Notes: generated by a model not told the origin, from the letters alone. DNA of 64,000 nucleotides from Eledone cirrhosa (GCA_964016885.1 OZ024748.1:4278001-4342000); one strand, 5' to 3'. Shown: positions 1 through 17,514, counted from the first letter of the stretch. A program made the numbers and translations.

Positions 1-471
1 CCACCTAATTTTTTCCTTACATTACAAGTGAGGACCCCCTGTTGGCACACAAGATTACAGAGAAACAAACACCATAACATCCCTTAAAATGGAACCTATT
101 TGTTGTTTTGTTTAAGTGTACGAATTTCTTTTCCTACTAGGAAAATATAAAAGACTGCGAGTGAGAGGTGTCCACCATTTCAACCAAGCGAAAGAATAAG
201 CAATTTTCCATCCACCTTTATTATATTATCAGTGTTTCTCAGACTCTCTCTCTCTCCCTTTCTCTCTCTCTCTCTCACTCTCTCCCTCTTTCTCTCTCTC
301 TCCCTTTCTTTCTCCCCCCCCCCTCTCTCTCCCTTTCTCTCTCTCTCTCTCTCTCTCCCCTTTCTCTGTTCTTTTTTTTGTATATACATACATATACGCA
401 CACATATATATACATACACACACACAAACATACACATATATATATATATATATAAATATATGTATATATAA

Positions 472-556
<85 letters not shown>

Positions 557-565
557 TATATATAA

Positions 566-604
<39 letters not shown>

Positions 605-809
605 TGTGTGTATGTATGTATATATATATATAATCGTTTTTAGCCGCCGTTACAAACGATTTACTGAATCCGGTAAGCTTATAAAACAAGATCTAAGATA
701 AATTTGATATTGGTATAATTAGAGTTTTTAAATTAGAAGTCTCGCTGTGAAAACATAAATTATAAACAAGGATTAATTTTGAATATTTCACAGCTTCTTG
801 GAACGAAAT

Positions 810-1459
<650 letters not shown>

Positions 1460-1474
1460 TATATATATATATAT

Positions 1475-1555
<81 letters not shown>

Positions 1556-1556
<1 letters not shown>

Positions 1557-1648
1557 CAAAGAAGTTGTGTGTTAAGATACCAGGTGGACCATAACGCATC
1601 GAATCTAGTTTTCTAAACAGCCGGAGCTTAGCCGTCAGGGTCCTGACT

Positions 1649-1652
<4 letters not shown>
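1556..1652. mobile_element. Diverged, rearranged family C fragment
   Basis: Reverse complement of the family C tail (AACAAAGAAGTTGTG...GGACCATAACGCA) joined to GAGCTTAGCCGTCAGGGTCCTGACTC. Confidence 0.6.
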
Positions 1653-1724
<72 letters not shown>

Positions 1725-1905
1725 GCATTATAGGATTATTGTATTAGTATTAAGATTGAAATATGGATTACGAATATGAAACACAGATGTATGAACGTAA
1801 CACGTAAAGTTACATGCATAGTTGCATGTATGTATACATGCATACATATATACACACATACATGCGTTTATAAAGATTTACGCAAAAATATGTAAATGCA
1901 TATAA

Positions 1906-1942
<37 letters not shown>

Positions 1943-2299
1943 AACGTAAAAAAATATATGTACATGTGTGTGTATGTGCGTGAGGTGTTGTGAGTGTGTG
2001 TATGCAAGTAGATATAATTGACAGTTGGGAATGTAGAGAAAGAAGAAAGAGAGAAAGAAAGAGAGAAAGAAAGAGAGAAAGGAAGAAGGAGAGAGAGAGC
2101 AAGGTATGAAAGCTCTCACGATATTAGACACTCCGCCATTAATATGAGAAAAAGTACGTCAAAACTACGAACCAAAACACATTCTGTATATGACAAAGCA
2201 TTAAAGAAAACATTTTCTAAATTCATTGAATATATTTTCTTTTTGTCTCATCAAAAGTAAAATGTAAAATGTAAAATGATTGTATGATGTGGGTATATA

Positions 2300-2578
<279 letters not shown>

Positions 2579-2697
2579 GTATATATATATATATATATAT
2601 ATGCATACATGTGTGTGTATAATGTATATTTATACATACGTATATATATGTGTATGAATGTATATAAAAAATATATGTATGCAGGTTTATAAATATG

Positions 2698-2814
<117 letters not shown>

Positions 2815-2985
2815 TTATATATGTATATATATATATAAATATATATGCATACGTGTGTGTGTATAATGTATATTTATACATACGTATATATATGTGTATG
2901 AATGTATATAAAAAATATATGTATGCAGGTTTATAAATATGTATATATATATATATATATATATATTTGTGTGTGTGTGTCTATC

Positions 2986-3095
<110 letters not shown>

Positions 3096-3538
3096 ATATA
3101 TGTATATATATGCATGTGTATATTCACATGCAGAAACACACGCAAACAAACATACACACACACACAAAAGCATTCACAAAATCACAGACACACGCACACA
3201 CACAAACATACACATACATATACACACACACATACACACATACCCTCACATATTCATTGTCATCACTTAATTTTACAAGCGAAAATTGGAAATATATTTG
3301 GCAGATATTGTTAAGTTATGTACTTAACATAACATGCAATTACATTTTACCTGTAGAATATTATATAAGAAATATTGACGTAAGGGTCGGGATAGTGTAA
3401 GGAGAGGTGGGTCTGGGGATTTGGTTGGCATCTAAGTGTGGTGGAAGTTTGGTGGAGGACTGGTGGAGAGTTGGTGTTTAAGAGTAAGTGTGAATGCGTC
3501 TAGATGGCAAAATGTATGGCTAATAGGTTTTGTGTCAC

Positions 3539-3620
<82 letters not shown>

Positions 3621-3697
3621 GTATATATATGTGTGTGTATATAAGTATGCACATATTCATACATTCCCATACACACATGCAAATATACATACATACA

Positions 3698-3731
<34 letters not shown>

Positions 3732-3875
3732 CATACATATATACATTCATACACACATATATACATGTTAAATAAAATGTATTATAGCAACAGAAAATTT
3801 CAATATTTAAAAAAATCATGAGTGAATAAAATTTCCATAATTCCCACCGAAAAAAAAAAAAAAAAAAAAAAAATA

Positions 3876-3906
<31 letters not shown>

Positions 3907-3958
3907 GAGTGTGTGTATATATATATATATATATATATTTACATACATACATACATAC

Positions 3959-4005
<47 letters not shown>

Positions 4006-4135
4006 TATGCATATAGAACCATATATGTATATAGGTGTACTTATACATATGTACTCATTCATTGTCTATATGTATAGAGAGAGAGACTGAGGAGGGGGGG
4101 GGGCAAGAGGTAAATGAGAGGAAGGGGATCAGAGA

Positions 4136-4195
<60 letters not shown>

Positions 4196-4298
4196 TATAA
4201 TATAAATGAATTTATTTTCAGTGAGTCACGCTTTTATGCTAAACTTTAAAAAAATATTATTGTGTTTATTATCCCTCTTTATCCTCCTCCTCCTCCCC

Positions 4299-4354
<56 letters not shown>

Positions 4355-4485
4355 ACATCATCATCATCATCATCATACATCAAAGAGTATTCTTAGTATT
4401 TCAAACAGATTATATCAGTACCATTTCCCCCAAAACGTGCACATACAATATATATGGATATACAGGTATATGTGCATATATATAT

Positions 4486-4556
<71 letters not shown>

Positions 4557-4570
4557 CGTATATATATGTG

Positions 4571-4760
<190 letters not shown>

Positions 4761-4766
4761 TATACA

Positions 4767-4856
<90 letters not shown>

Positions 4857-4892
4857 TGTATAAGAGCCTGTACAAGTATATGTATATATATG

Positions 4893-4940
<48 letters not shown>

Positions 4941-5156
4941 TGTGGGTGGCTAATTGTGTTAAAAATATTATATTTTTCATTAGAATATGTAAACATATTA
5001 AACAGCATTATACAATATTACGTACAATCTCTTGCAGAAAGCAGAAACTGACATACCGTATCGTGTCGTGAAATCTTCTTACATTGTAACCCACAGATGA
5101 TCTCTCATCACTGAAGCCTTAAGTTTCATGGCGTCGTTTTTTTTACATTATATGTC

Positions 5157-5248
<92 letters not shown>

Positions 5249-5289
5249 AATATATAAATATATAAACTTAGTCTCACATTTATTATTAT

Positions 5290-5389
<100 letters not shown>

Positions 5390-5390
5390 G

Positions 5391-5509
<119 letters not shown>

Positions 5510-6760
5510 GTATGTATGTAAGTATGTATAAATATTGCATAAACTACAATGGCGTCTTGTACATTTTTGGGGAAGTTTATGAAGTATTAGGCAAAATAAA
5601 ATTTCAAGATTTAATTTTATTTCCCGTAATATTAACAAAATATTACGTAACTTTCCTTCATATTGCAATAGAGAAGAAGGAGAAAAGAAAAAAAGAAAAA
5701 GAAGAAAAAGAAGAAAAAGAAGAAAAAGAAGAAAAAGAAGAAAAAGAAGGAAAGAAAAAGAGAAAAAGGAAAAGAAGAAGCAATTTATTCAAAGCAACGA
5801 AAGACACTAAACAGAATTGTTGTTGTCGTTGTTTTTGCCACAGGTGTTTGTTGTTGCTGCTGTTATTGCTGCTCTTGTTGATGTTGTTGCTGCTGTTATT
5901 TTTGTTGTTGTTGTTGATGTTCTTACTGCTATTGTTGTTGATGTTCTTACTGTTGTTGTTGCTGTTGTTATTGTTGTTGCTGATGCTGTTGATGTTGTTA
6001 TTGTTATTGTTGTTGTTATTGTTGCTGTTGATGTTGTTGTTGATGATGATGTTGTTCTTATTGCTGTTGTTGTTTTTGTTGTTGTTGTCCTTATTGTTGT
6101 TGCTTTTGTTGTTCTTAATCCTGTTGTTATTACTGTTGTTGTTATTGTCATTATTATTACTGTTGTTGATATTGTTGTTGTTGTTGTTTTATCATTGTTT
6201 GTGTTGTTGTGGTTTGTGTTCTTGATGGCGTTGTTTGTTTTGTTGTTGTTGTTGTTGTTATTGTCATTGTTTGGTTTGTTGTATTTTACCTTGTTGTTGT
6301 TGTTTGAGGTGCTGTTGTCGATGGTATAATTTGTGTTGTTGATGTTGTTTTAGATGCTATTGTTGTTGTTATTGTTATAGTTTATGTTGTAGCTGTTATT
6401 GTTGTTGTTGTTATTAGTATAGTTTGTGTTGTAGCTGTTGTTGTTATTGTTGTTATTGTTGTTATTGTTGTTGTTATTACTATAGTTTGTGTCACGACTC
6501 GTATACTAGAGCATTATAAATATTCAGTGCGATATAGCCAAACTAAGATTGATTACACTAGTTGTAAAACATCACATACTCGCCAATACACTCCACAGAC
6601 TCTCACAACTATTATTTCAATATATTTCAATATTTCCTCAGTTTTCTATCACACGGAGACTAACCAAAACACCCCTACTTTCACCACCATTGCTGCCGTC
6701 ACTAAGTTCTGAGTTCAAACCCTAGCTAGGTTTATGTGATCTGCTATGTTCTATCTGTAC

Positions 6761-6922
6761 CAGTGGTTCCCAAAGTGGGTTCCGGGTAATCCAAGGGTTC
6801 TGCAAAGGAGTGTCTGGGGTTTCCTTGAAAAAAGGTAGAGGAGTATATTTATATTTGGGGTTCCACCAAATGTTTCTGAACCAAAAAAGGGTTCCACGTT
6901 TCAAAAAGTTTGGGTAATCTTG
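6761..6922 (+). mobile_element. hAT-Charlie-like MITE
   Basis: TIRs CAGTGGTTCCCAAA and TTTGGGTAATCTTG. Imperfect 8-bp TSD ATCTGTAC / GTCTATAC, resembling the Charlie NTCTAGAN target. Confidence 0.7.
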
Positions 6923-6979
6923 GTCTATACTATACAGTCGTTAACTATACACTGCTAACCAACACGCCCTTACTCCCAC

Positions 6980-7231
6980 CAGGACCAGATTTAATGAGGG
7001 GAGGGCAAAGAGGACAATTGCTCCGGGTCCTCTGCAATGGGTAGGGGACCACCAGCAACAGCCGTAACAATTTATCTGTACCCTCAGCTGGGCTTTTTAG
7101 TTTTAGGATGGTTAGAATCTTTGAATTTAATACCTGTATGTATAACTTCTCAATCCAATTACTTGCGCCAAGGTATCTTTGATATGTAAAATTGGGGGGT
7201 TTGTTCTGTATTCTAATTTGTTGTGTATGAA
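6980..7231 (+). mobile_element. 3'-truncated hAT-like MITE, same family as 59886-60521
   Basis: Starts CAGGACCAGATTTAA. Internal sequence aligns with 59886-60470 but lacks the SINE insert. Confidence 0.7.
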
Positions 7232-7660
7232 GTACCACCCACATCATCAGCACCAACACCACCAACACCACCACTACCACCACCACTACCACCACCACCA
7301 TCAGCACCAACACCACAAACACCACCACTACCACCACCCACATCATCAGCACCAACACCACCAACACCACCACTACCACCACCACTACCACCACCACCAT
7401 CAGCACCAACACCACAAACACCACCACTACCACCACCACCACCACCAGCAACAACAACAACATCACCACCACCACCACCACCACCATCACTACCAACAAC
7501 AACAATAACAACACCACCACCACTAATGACACAATATGTAAGGAGTAGACGGTAGTAGTAGTTGTAGTAGTAGCAGTAGTAGTAGTAGCAGTAGCAGTGG
7601 TAGTAGCACCAGTAATAGTAGTAGTAGTAGTAGTAGTAGTAGTAACAGTAGTAGTAGTAA

Positions 7661-7720
<60 letters not shown>

Positions 7721-7841
7721 CACCAGTGGTAGTAGTAGCAGCAGTAGTAGTAGTAGCAGCAGTAGTAGTAGTAGCAGTAGTAGTAGTAGCAGTAGCACCA
7801 GTAGTAGTAGTAGCAGTAGCAGCAGTAGTAGTAGCACCAGT

Positions 7842-7909
<68 letters not shown>

Positions 7910-8209
7910 AGAGAGAGAGAGAGTGTAAGTATGAGAAGTAAAACAAGGCAAACCTACATCATCCATCATATTGACAACAGATTATCTCTCAGGGCCTCAA
8001 ACTTTCACTCACCCTTTACTGTACACCTAATATGTATGTGTGTGAGTGTCTGTGTGTGTGTGAGTGTCTCTGTGTGTGTGTGTGTGTGTGAGTGTGTGTG
8101 TGTGACTATATAAGTGAGTGTTTGTGTGTGTTTGTCTTCATATGTAGACAAAAAACAAACATGTATGCATGCGTTTGGATACGGGACATATATATGTGTG
8201 TGTATATGT

Positions 8210-8301
<92 letters not shown>

Positions 8302-8400
8302 ATAAACACACACATATATGTATTATACATATATGTTGATTTTCTTAATATATTTATGTATATATATACAAATGTTTCAAGAATTATATTGAACTATACA

Positions 8401-8443
<43 letters not shown>

Positions 8444-8533
8444 TCGCAAACATATACATAATGAAATAGGTGTAAAACAACCTCACCTTTACTTACTGAA
8501 TATATGTGTACGAATGACCACCTTTTTAATATA

Positions 8534-8579
<46 letters not shown>

Positions 8580-8714
8580 TATATAGCTATAGATATTTCT
8601 TTTGCAAAGCGCAAACCAACCAAACAGTGAGTGTGTTCTGCTATTATTTCTGGCAATAGTACAACAACATGATCCTCCCCATATATATAGTTGTTGTATG
8701 AGTGCAGTAAATAC

Positions 8715-9058
8715 AGCCGTGGGCGGTAGGCCGTTTGAGCACTCGATGCTCCCGCAGAGCAGAGTATATTATAATAAATAACGAGGAATCAGTGATGCAC
8801 CAAAACCCAATTTATTAACATATTACATATGTTTCTCCGATAATCAGTTCAAAGCAGGATCTGTTACAGATCGAACCTGACTCTGCATTCGCAAGTTCAT
8901 CGGATGAAATGCTTTGAAAACACAAAACATATCTGAGGAACTTGCGAACGCAGAGTCAAGTTCGATCTGTAACAGATCCTGCTTTGAACTGATCATCGGA
9001 GAAACATATGTAATATGTTAATAAATTGGGTTTTAATGCATCACTGATTTCTCGTTGT

Positions 9059-9066
<8 letters not shown>
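8715..9066. mobile_element. Family A element with a long inverted repeat
   Basis: Arms of about 130 bp (~8772-8905 and ~8931-9064) are reverse complements. Homologous to 44560-44760 and 62960-63028. Flanked by TA repeats. Confidence 0.75.
8926..9019 (+). ncRNA. Type-I hammerhead-like motif with a large atypical domain II (family A)
   Basis: Helix I AACATAT (8926-8932) / ATATGTT (9013-9019), core CTGAGGA (8933-8939), GAAAC-ATAT-GTA (9001-9012) with palindromic ACATATGT, then AATAAA at 9020. Helix II has no canonical closing pair. Confidence 0.6.
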
Positions 9067-9157
<91 letters not shown>

Positions 9158-9174
9158 ATATATATATGTGTGTG

Positions 9175-9226
<52 letters not shown>

Positions 9227-9275
9227 TAGATTTACGCAAAGATTCATTCGGGTTAACAACCTTCAGTGTGCACGC

Positions 9276-9398
<123 letters not shown>

Positions 9399-9411
9399 CA
9401 TATATAATATA

Positions 9412-9522
9412 TAAGATCAAAAGATGGTTAAAAGAGTTCCATGTATTTTATTATGCGCATTTCAAAAACAAATATCATCATGCAATAATATTTAACCATC
9501 TTTAACCATCTTTTGTTCTTAT
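9412..9522 (-). mobile_element. Family E copy truncated within HHR helix II, with a re-inverted end
   Basis: Reverse complement of ~52329-52410, including ATTATGCGCATTTC, followed by the sense-strand end TTAACCATCTTTTGTTCTTA. Lies in (TA)n. Confidence 0.75.
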
Positions 9523-9854
9523 ATATTATGTATACTCCAGTCCTACAAACTGTAGAGTGCTTCTTATCCGATATCTGCATTGCTTTATTGTACTACAATA
9601 AAACTCACCTCCTACATATATACATATATATATATATATATATACTTACGTGTGTGTGTGTGTACGTATGTGTGTGTGAATGTGTGTGAATGTGTGTGTA
9701 TATGAATGTACGTATGTTTGTATATTGAGAGTATATTCGTGAAGTGTCGTGTAGGTGGTTATATGTGGTATATTTGTTAAATATTGTAGAATGGCGGCTC
9801 ATTCAGATACGATCATAACACAAGAATACAAATAGGGAAATAATTGCAAAAGAC

Positions 9855-9900
<46 letters not shown>

Positions 9901-9928
9901 CGAGTGTGTGTGTATATATATATCAATA

Positions 9929-9992
<64 letters not shown>

Positions 9993-9993
9993 C

Positions 9994-10025
<32 letters not shown>

Positions 10026-10026
10026 C

Positions 10027-10129
<103 letters not shown>

Positions 10130-10323
10130 ATAAATATAATCATTCGTACTTGAACGTAACTCTGATAACATCGCGAATATTTATATATATATACACACAA
10201 ACACATACACACAAACACACACACATACACATATATATATATATATACATTATATACATTACATATATATGTATATGTATAAAAATGTATATAATTATAT
10301 TTGTATATATAAGTGTGTGTATG

Positions 10324-10354
<31 letters not shown>

Positions 10355-10596
10355 ATATAAATAAGTGTATATATATATATATATGATGTATTCTTCAAAT
10401 CTGACAGTGTATATATGTTACATCTGAAAGTCAGTTATGAGTCAACAGCTTGAGAGATTTCAATGTGGTTCATCCCTCGTCAGTCACCCTCTAAATATAG
10501 AGACGAAGTGTTCGATATTAGCGTCTGTCTGGGTGTCTGTGTGTGTGTGTGTGTGTGTGTATGTGTGTGTGTGTGTGTGTGTGTGCGTGCGTGCGT

Positions 10597-10632
<36 letters not shown>

Positions 10633-10687
10633 GTATGTGTGTGTGTGCGTGCGTGCGTGCGCGTGTGTGTGTGTGTATGTGTGTGCG

Positions 10688-10726
<39 letters not shown>

Positions 10727-10776
10727 AACAATGATTCATAATGATTCTATGTTATATCTTTGTTACTAAATATAAA

Positions 10777-10860
<84 letters not shown>

Positions 10861-10962
10861 ACACATACATATATATATATATACATATATATGTATATAT
10901 ACGTACATATATATGTATATATATGCGTATATATATATATAATATATATGTATATATATGTG

Positions 10963-11000
<38 letters not shown>

Positions 11001-11100
11001 TATATATGTATATTACATATATATATGTATATACTGTATATGTATTATATATATACATAAATATATATATATATTTATATTTATGTATATATATATATAT

Positions 11101-11300
<200 letters not shown>

Positions 11301-11446
11301 TACGTGTGTCTGAGTGTGTTTTGTTGCCTGTATAATTCTATTGTCTTTTTACAAATAAATATGTCATTGAAATAATTTGAATAAATCACAACGTGAGATG
11401 TTACCAGAGATATCTAGATATGTATTTAACACCGTAATTACTTACA

Positions 11447-11487
<41 letters not shown>

Positions 11488-11723
11488 GTCTTACTTGGCT
11501 TTACTCTCTCTCACTCACTTCCTCTCTCTGTCTTACTTGTCTTTACTCTCGCTCTCTGGTGTTTCTGTCCCTATAGAAAACATTGTTCGTATATCTTGTT
11601 TATACTTGCAGAATTAGAGTTTGTCCTCTCATTTAATTTTAATATATAATCTTGCTTCTTCGAGAGATTTCTTTCATTGAGATGTTTGGGTATTACTGAC
11701 TAATTAACCTTTAATTAATATAT

Positions 11724-11855
<132 letters not shown>

Positions 11856-11901
11856 AGGATGAATATGAAATGAAAGTGCTTTTGTTAAAAAAGGAATTTA
11901 T

Positions 11902-11941
11902 TAGGTATTGACATATGTTTCTGTAACAGACCGAATACCTA
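11902..11941 (-). ncRNA. Degenerate hammerhead-like motif
   Basis: Minus strand reads TAGGTATT-cggtctgttaca-GAAAC-ATAT-GTC-AATACCTA, running into AATAAA. Perfect 8-bp helix I and palindromic helix III, but no CTGANGA. Confidence 0.35.
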
Positions 11942-12116
11942 TGTATCGCTGCTTGCGTAATCATATAATGTTAGCAAGTATTCGATAGCAAATGTATAAT
12001 CAGTTGTCACTTCTTCAGAGATTTTGTTCATCTCTAACGTAACGATATATTATCACTACATTATTGATAACCTGAAATTATATATATATATATATGTATA
12101 TGTATATATATATACG

Positions 12117-12223
12117 AAAAAGTATGACCCCGATGGCAGAGCTCAAGCCGTTTCGACGGCTATTTCTGGACTGAGTACTCTGGTGCGTTATGGTCCATCT
12201 GGTTCCTTACCACAATTCCTTTG

Positions 12224-12227
<4 letters not shown>
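12117..12227. mobile_element. Family C element with the right arm deleted
   Basis: Inverted arm AGTATGACCCCGATGGCAGAGCTCAAGCCGTTTCGACGGCTATTTCTGGAC joined directly to the tail GAGTACTCTGGTGCG...TTCCTTTGTTA. Confidence 0.7.
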
Positions 12228-12280
<53 letters not shown>

Positions 12281-12738
12281 CACCTACTCGGAGCTATAGG
12301 AGGTTCGATTCCAGGAAGGAACGATGGACGGTTCCTCTCCAGTTTTTCGGGTCTTCACCCTATTTTATAATCTTTTTTTTATAGTATCTCCGCGCATGAG
12401 CACACACCACTTACACACACACTCTCTCTCTCTCTCTCTCCCCCTCCCCCTCCCTCCCACTATATATATATATATACATATATATTCATACATGATATTA
12501 TATGATATGATATGTGATAAGTTTACATATACTATGCTACTTGAGAAGCACTTTTTAAAAGTTCATAGGTTTGCAGAATACAGATTAATCATTCAGGTTT
12601 ATATACACATATACATACATATATACATACATACATATACATACATACATACATATATATACATATACATACATATACATACATATACATACGTACATAG
12701 ACATACATACAAACATACATACATATACATACGTACAT

Positions 12739-12800
<62 letters not shown>

Positions 12801-12920
12801 ATGTACGTGCATTCATATATGCATACATATACACACGTACATACATGCATACATATTTACATACATACTTACATAGTTACATGTCTACATATTACGTACA
12901 TATATATATATAAACACATA

Positions 12921-13040
<120 letters not shown>

Positions 13041-13278
13041 CATATACACACTCAAATATATTTGAAATATATAAATATGTTTTACTAGTTTCAGTTATTG
13101 GAATGCGGCCATTGGGGCCATCACCCTGAAAGGTTTTTTCAATCGATCATATTGATTTCTATAAGTTATTGTATAGTTCTATATTTTAATGATTGGCTCC
13201 GTGAGTGCTTAATCGCAGAACCACAGATGGTTTTAGTCAGCTCTGTTGTGTCATATAAAACATACTGATACAGGCAAA

Positions 13279-13330
13279 CATACGCATACATACATACATA
13301 CATACATACATACATACATACATACATACA

Positions 13331-13363
<33 letters not shown>

Positions 13364-13406
13364 GCATACATACATACATACATATATGCATACATACATA
13401 CATACA

Positions 13407-13440
<34 letters not shown>

Positions 13441-13490
13441 CATATATACATACATATATGCATACATACATACATACATACATACATACA

Positions 13491-13523
<33 letters not shown>

Positions 13524-13614
13524 GCATACATACATACATACATACATACATACATACATACATACATACATACATACATACATACATACATACATACATA
13601 CATACATACATGCA

Positions 13615-13647
<33 letters not shown>

Positions 13648-13694
13648 GCATACATACATACGTACATACATACATACATATATACATACATACA

Positions 13695-13727
<33 letters not shown>

Positions 13728-13934
13728 GCATACATACATACATACATACATATATACATACATATATGCATACATACATACATACATACATACATACATA
13801 CATACATACATACATACATACATACATACATGCATACATACATACATACATATATACATACATACATACATGCATACATACATACATATATACATATATA
13901 CATATATACATATATGCATACATACATACATACA

Positions 13935-13967
<33 letters not shown>

Positions 13968-13986
13968 GCATACATACATACATACA

Positions 13987-14020
<34 letters not shown>

Positions 14021-14078
14021 CATACATACATATATGCATACATACATACATACATACATATATACATACATACATACA

Positions 14079-14111
<33 letters not shown>

Positions 14112-14134
14112 GCATACATACATACATACATACA

Positions 14135-14168
<34 letters not shown>

Positions 14169-14218
14169 CATATATGCATACATACATACATACATACATA
14201 CATACATACATACATACA

Positions 14219-14252
<34 letters not shown>

Positions 14253-14287
14253 CATACATATATACATACATATATGCATACATACAC
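13279..14287. repeat. About 1-kb (CATA)n microsatellite with TATG/TATA variant units
   Basis: Read directly from the sequence. Confidence 0.95.
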
Positions 14288-14362
14288 ACGTATTGAAGAG
14301 ATTCCTGGTAGATTCCCGTAGTGAAATGAACCCAAATTTAAGACATTGAAAATTGAACCCCA

Positions 14363-14395
<33 letters not shown>

Positions 14396-14402
14396 CATAC
14401 AT

Positions 14403-14453
<51 letters not shown>

Positions 14454-14495
14454 TTACGCCGTCATAACCGATATAGAAAAGATATTTTATATATT

Positions 14496-14535
<40 letters not shown>

Positions 14536-14858
14536 TGTGTACATACATATATATATATATGTATATATTATTACGTTCGCCTTCTATATTAACACATATA
14601 TACACACGTACATACGACACCCGCTTCGTTGTACTCATGTATAAGGTTTCCATTATTACCATATTTATATTACCTCCCCGCCATTACATCCACCACGACG
14701 ACGACTTCCACCACCACCACCGCCACCATCCAATCAAACAAAATCAAACGAACCCTGCTAATAAATAAATTTTCTAATAATTCTTACATCCCTTCGTCAA
14801 ATTTTCATCGTCTTTTCATTGCCTTGTTCATTAACCCTCCGTCTGGTAATGTCACATC

Positions 14859-14900
14859 TTTTGCTGATGAATGAGATAACATGTTGAAATGTGTTCAAAA
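14859..14900 (+). ncRNA. Decayed minimal type-I hammerhead
   Basis: TTTTG-CTGATGA-(15 nt)-GAAA-TGTG-TT-CAAAA. Helix I is 5 bp. GAAATGTGTT is the CpG-decay product of GAAACGCGTT. Helix II is weak. Confidence 0.4.
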
Positions 14901-16740
14901 TGAACGGCTGAAGGTTTTGTATGACTGAAAAAGCGCCAAATATTTCGCATCATACGCCATCATACACGCTATGGCGTTTAACGGTTTCCGGTATGGAATG
15001 CCTCGGCTTAAAAATCAATGTCCTTCGCTCGTTTGTTTTTGCATGATACGGGATATGTAATATTTTCGTAAATGCTATATAGTTTATAATTATTGGGTAT
15101 ATATTATGTATAATATAATATAATAAGATAAAATATAATATAATATATGAATGATGTGTAATATAATACAAGGATTTGTGAAAATTTGGTGTGAGGTGGG
15201 TAGAGATAGAAGTTTATTGTCAATTGTATCGAAAATACACCACCATCTCAGTATATGTATTTGATATCTATTGTGTATAATATAATATATTAACGCGATA
15301 TCTTTATGATGTTGTTTAGCCCCAGGCAAGTCCTGATTCATTGAAACTTTGATATGTTCAATGGTTTAGAGCCGTTCCTTCTGGAGATTTTACAGTTTCA
15401 TTTTGGGGCAGGACAGTAACTATGAGGTTTTCGAAGGCATCTGGTACCGAGGAAAGAGCGAGGAGGTGGTATTCTCAAACCAGAAACTTGGATCTAAAGT
15501 TTGCAATGGATGGACTCTGCTAAAGGTCCCTAAGAGTCCGATGGCAGGGTTAGACCGAGTGACTGAATAAATGTACCAAACATAAAAGACAAATCGAGAT
15601 TTGAATTCTTAATCCAAAAAGCCAGAACAAATGCCGCAAGGTATCTTTTCCGACGCTCTAACAACTCTTCCGCTGTCCGTCCCTGGACAAAAATACTTTG
15701 TTTTATCGATATACATAGAATGAAATGTGAAGTTAACTTAAACTTCAGTGGGATTTGAACTCAGAATGCAAAGAGACGGAGCAAATACGGCAAGGCATCT
15801 TGTCTGATGTTCTAACGACTATACATAGAGATAAATAACTATAACAATAACAATGCCAGGACCATCATTATCATCATCAGCGGTAGTAGCAGCAGCAGCA
15901 GCGCCACCATCACCATCAACACCACCACCACCACCAACACCACCACCAACACCACCACCAACAACAACAACAGTAGCAACAACAACAAAAACAACAACAA
16001 CACTAGCAACAAAAGCAACAACAACAGCAACACCAGCAACAACAACAACGCCAACAACTACAACAGCAACAACAATAACAACAACACCAACAATGCCAAC
16101 AACAAAAACACCAGCAACAACAACAACGCCAACAACAACACCACCACCTCCAACAACAGCGCCAACAACAACAACAACAACAACAACAACGACACCAACA
16201 AGAACAACAGCAACAACAACACCAGCAACAACACCAACAACAACAACATTAACAACAACAACAATAACAACAACAAACAAGGCGAAAGAGACAAGACATG
16301 GCTCTCAGCCTACCAACACTAGCTAAAGTAAGAATGACACATAATTACAGTTCGATATATCCGTAACAGCTTGTAGGAAATGATTCGATTCGAATAAATA
16401 TACTTAAATAGAGATCGAAGTGGAATGATTGGGTCATCGATGATCAAAACTGGTTGTCTCTGATCAACTTACTTGACAATCTCCTAGAGTATTTCTTTGA
16501 AAAACTGGAATTCTCTGTAAGACCACTTTATACAGCAGATTTAGCTTAACGTTTCTGTAATATGTTGGTCTTAAAAGATGGCGCTCGAAAGAGGAACGGT
16601 TCTTAAGAGATCAAGGCCACGCTGTCTTTGCACTTTGACATATTTCGGATCAAGAAAAGATAAAAACGGGAGAAAATTATACCTACCAGAGTAAAAATGA
16701 GATTAAATAAAAGATACATTCGTGTGTTTGTAGGGGGCTC

Positions 16741-17105
16741 GTAACTCCTGATAGAGTCGTAGGGGCGCCATATTGACATACGGCCTTTCTTGAACATTTT
16801 AAGCCTGGCGGAGCCCATCCCTCTTCAGGCCCGAGTACAGCAGATTTCTTCCGGGGAAAGATAGAAAGTTTCCTCCTTAAGGGGTCGATAAAATAAAGTA
16901 CCAGTGATGCACTGAGATAATTGCTGGCATTGTGCCAAAAGTAGAAACAATTATATTTGTATATATGTATGGTCCAGTAACTCCTGATAGAGTCGTAGGG
17001 GTGCCGTATTGACATACGGTGTTCCTTAGACATTTTAAGCTTGGCGGAGCCCATCCCTTCCCAGGGCTGAGTACAGCAGATTTCTTCCGGGGAAAGATCG
17101 AAAGT
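16741..17105. repeat. Two diverged ~130-bp direct repeats separated by a SINE fragment
   Basis: GTAACTCCTGATAGAGTCGTAGGGG...GATTTCTTCCGGGGAAAGAT occurs at 16741 and 16977. A SINE core (GGGGTCGATAAAATAAAGTACCAG) lies at ~16881-16950. Confidence 0.75.
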
Positions 17106-17211
17106 GAGAGAGAGAGGAAATGAGAAAGAGATATAAAGAAAGAATCGACCCCAGTACTAGACTGGTACTTTTTTTATGCACCTCGAAAGGATGAAAGGCA
17201 AAGTTTATACA

Positions 17212-17282
<71 letters not shown>

Positions 17283-17286
<4 letters not shown>

Positions 17287-17514
17287 TGGCTGCCAACTCG
17301 TTTTCGAGTACGGCCACTACTTTATATCCATGTAGGAGAACCCCTACCGATGCGCAGAACGAGTGTGACTTTTTAGTCCAGCCAGCGACTTGAACACTCT
17401 GGTACAAACACTACACTTGTGACAATTATTGACACATAGTGCTGGGCCCATGGTACCATGTGACGACAAGTGCAGAGAGATCTCCAGATATAAAGCAATG
17501 CCTGTGCCGTGAAG

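Noticed and set aside
10435-10490. Minus-strand CTGACGA...GAAA
   Set aside because: No consistent helix I and III arrangement.
15853-16326. Mucin-like Thr/Pro ORF (also 7223-7555 and 47530-48018)
   Set aside because: These are (CAA)/(CAC) trinucleotide repeats without a signal peptide or splice evidence.
16775-16832. Minus-strand CTGAAGA...GAAA
   Set aside because: Helices I and II do not form and the second repeat copy lacks the core.
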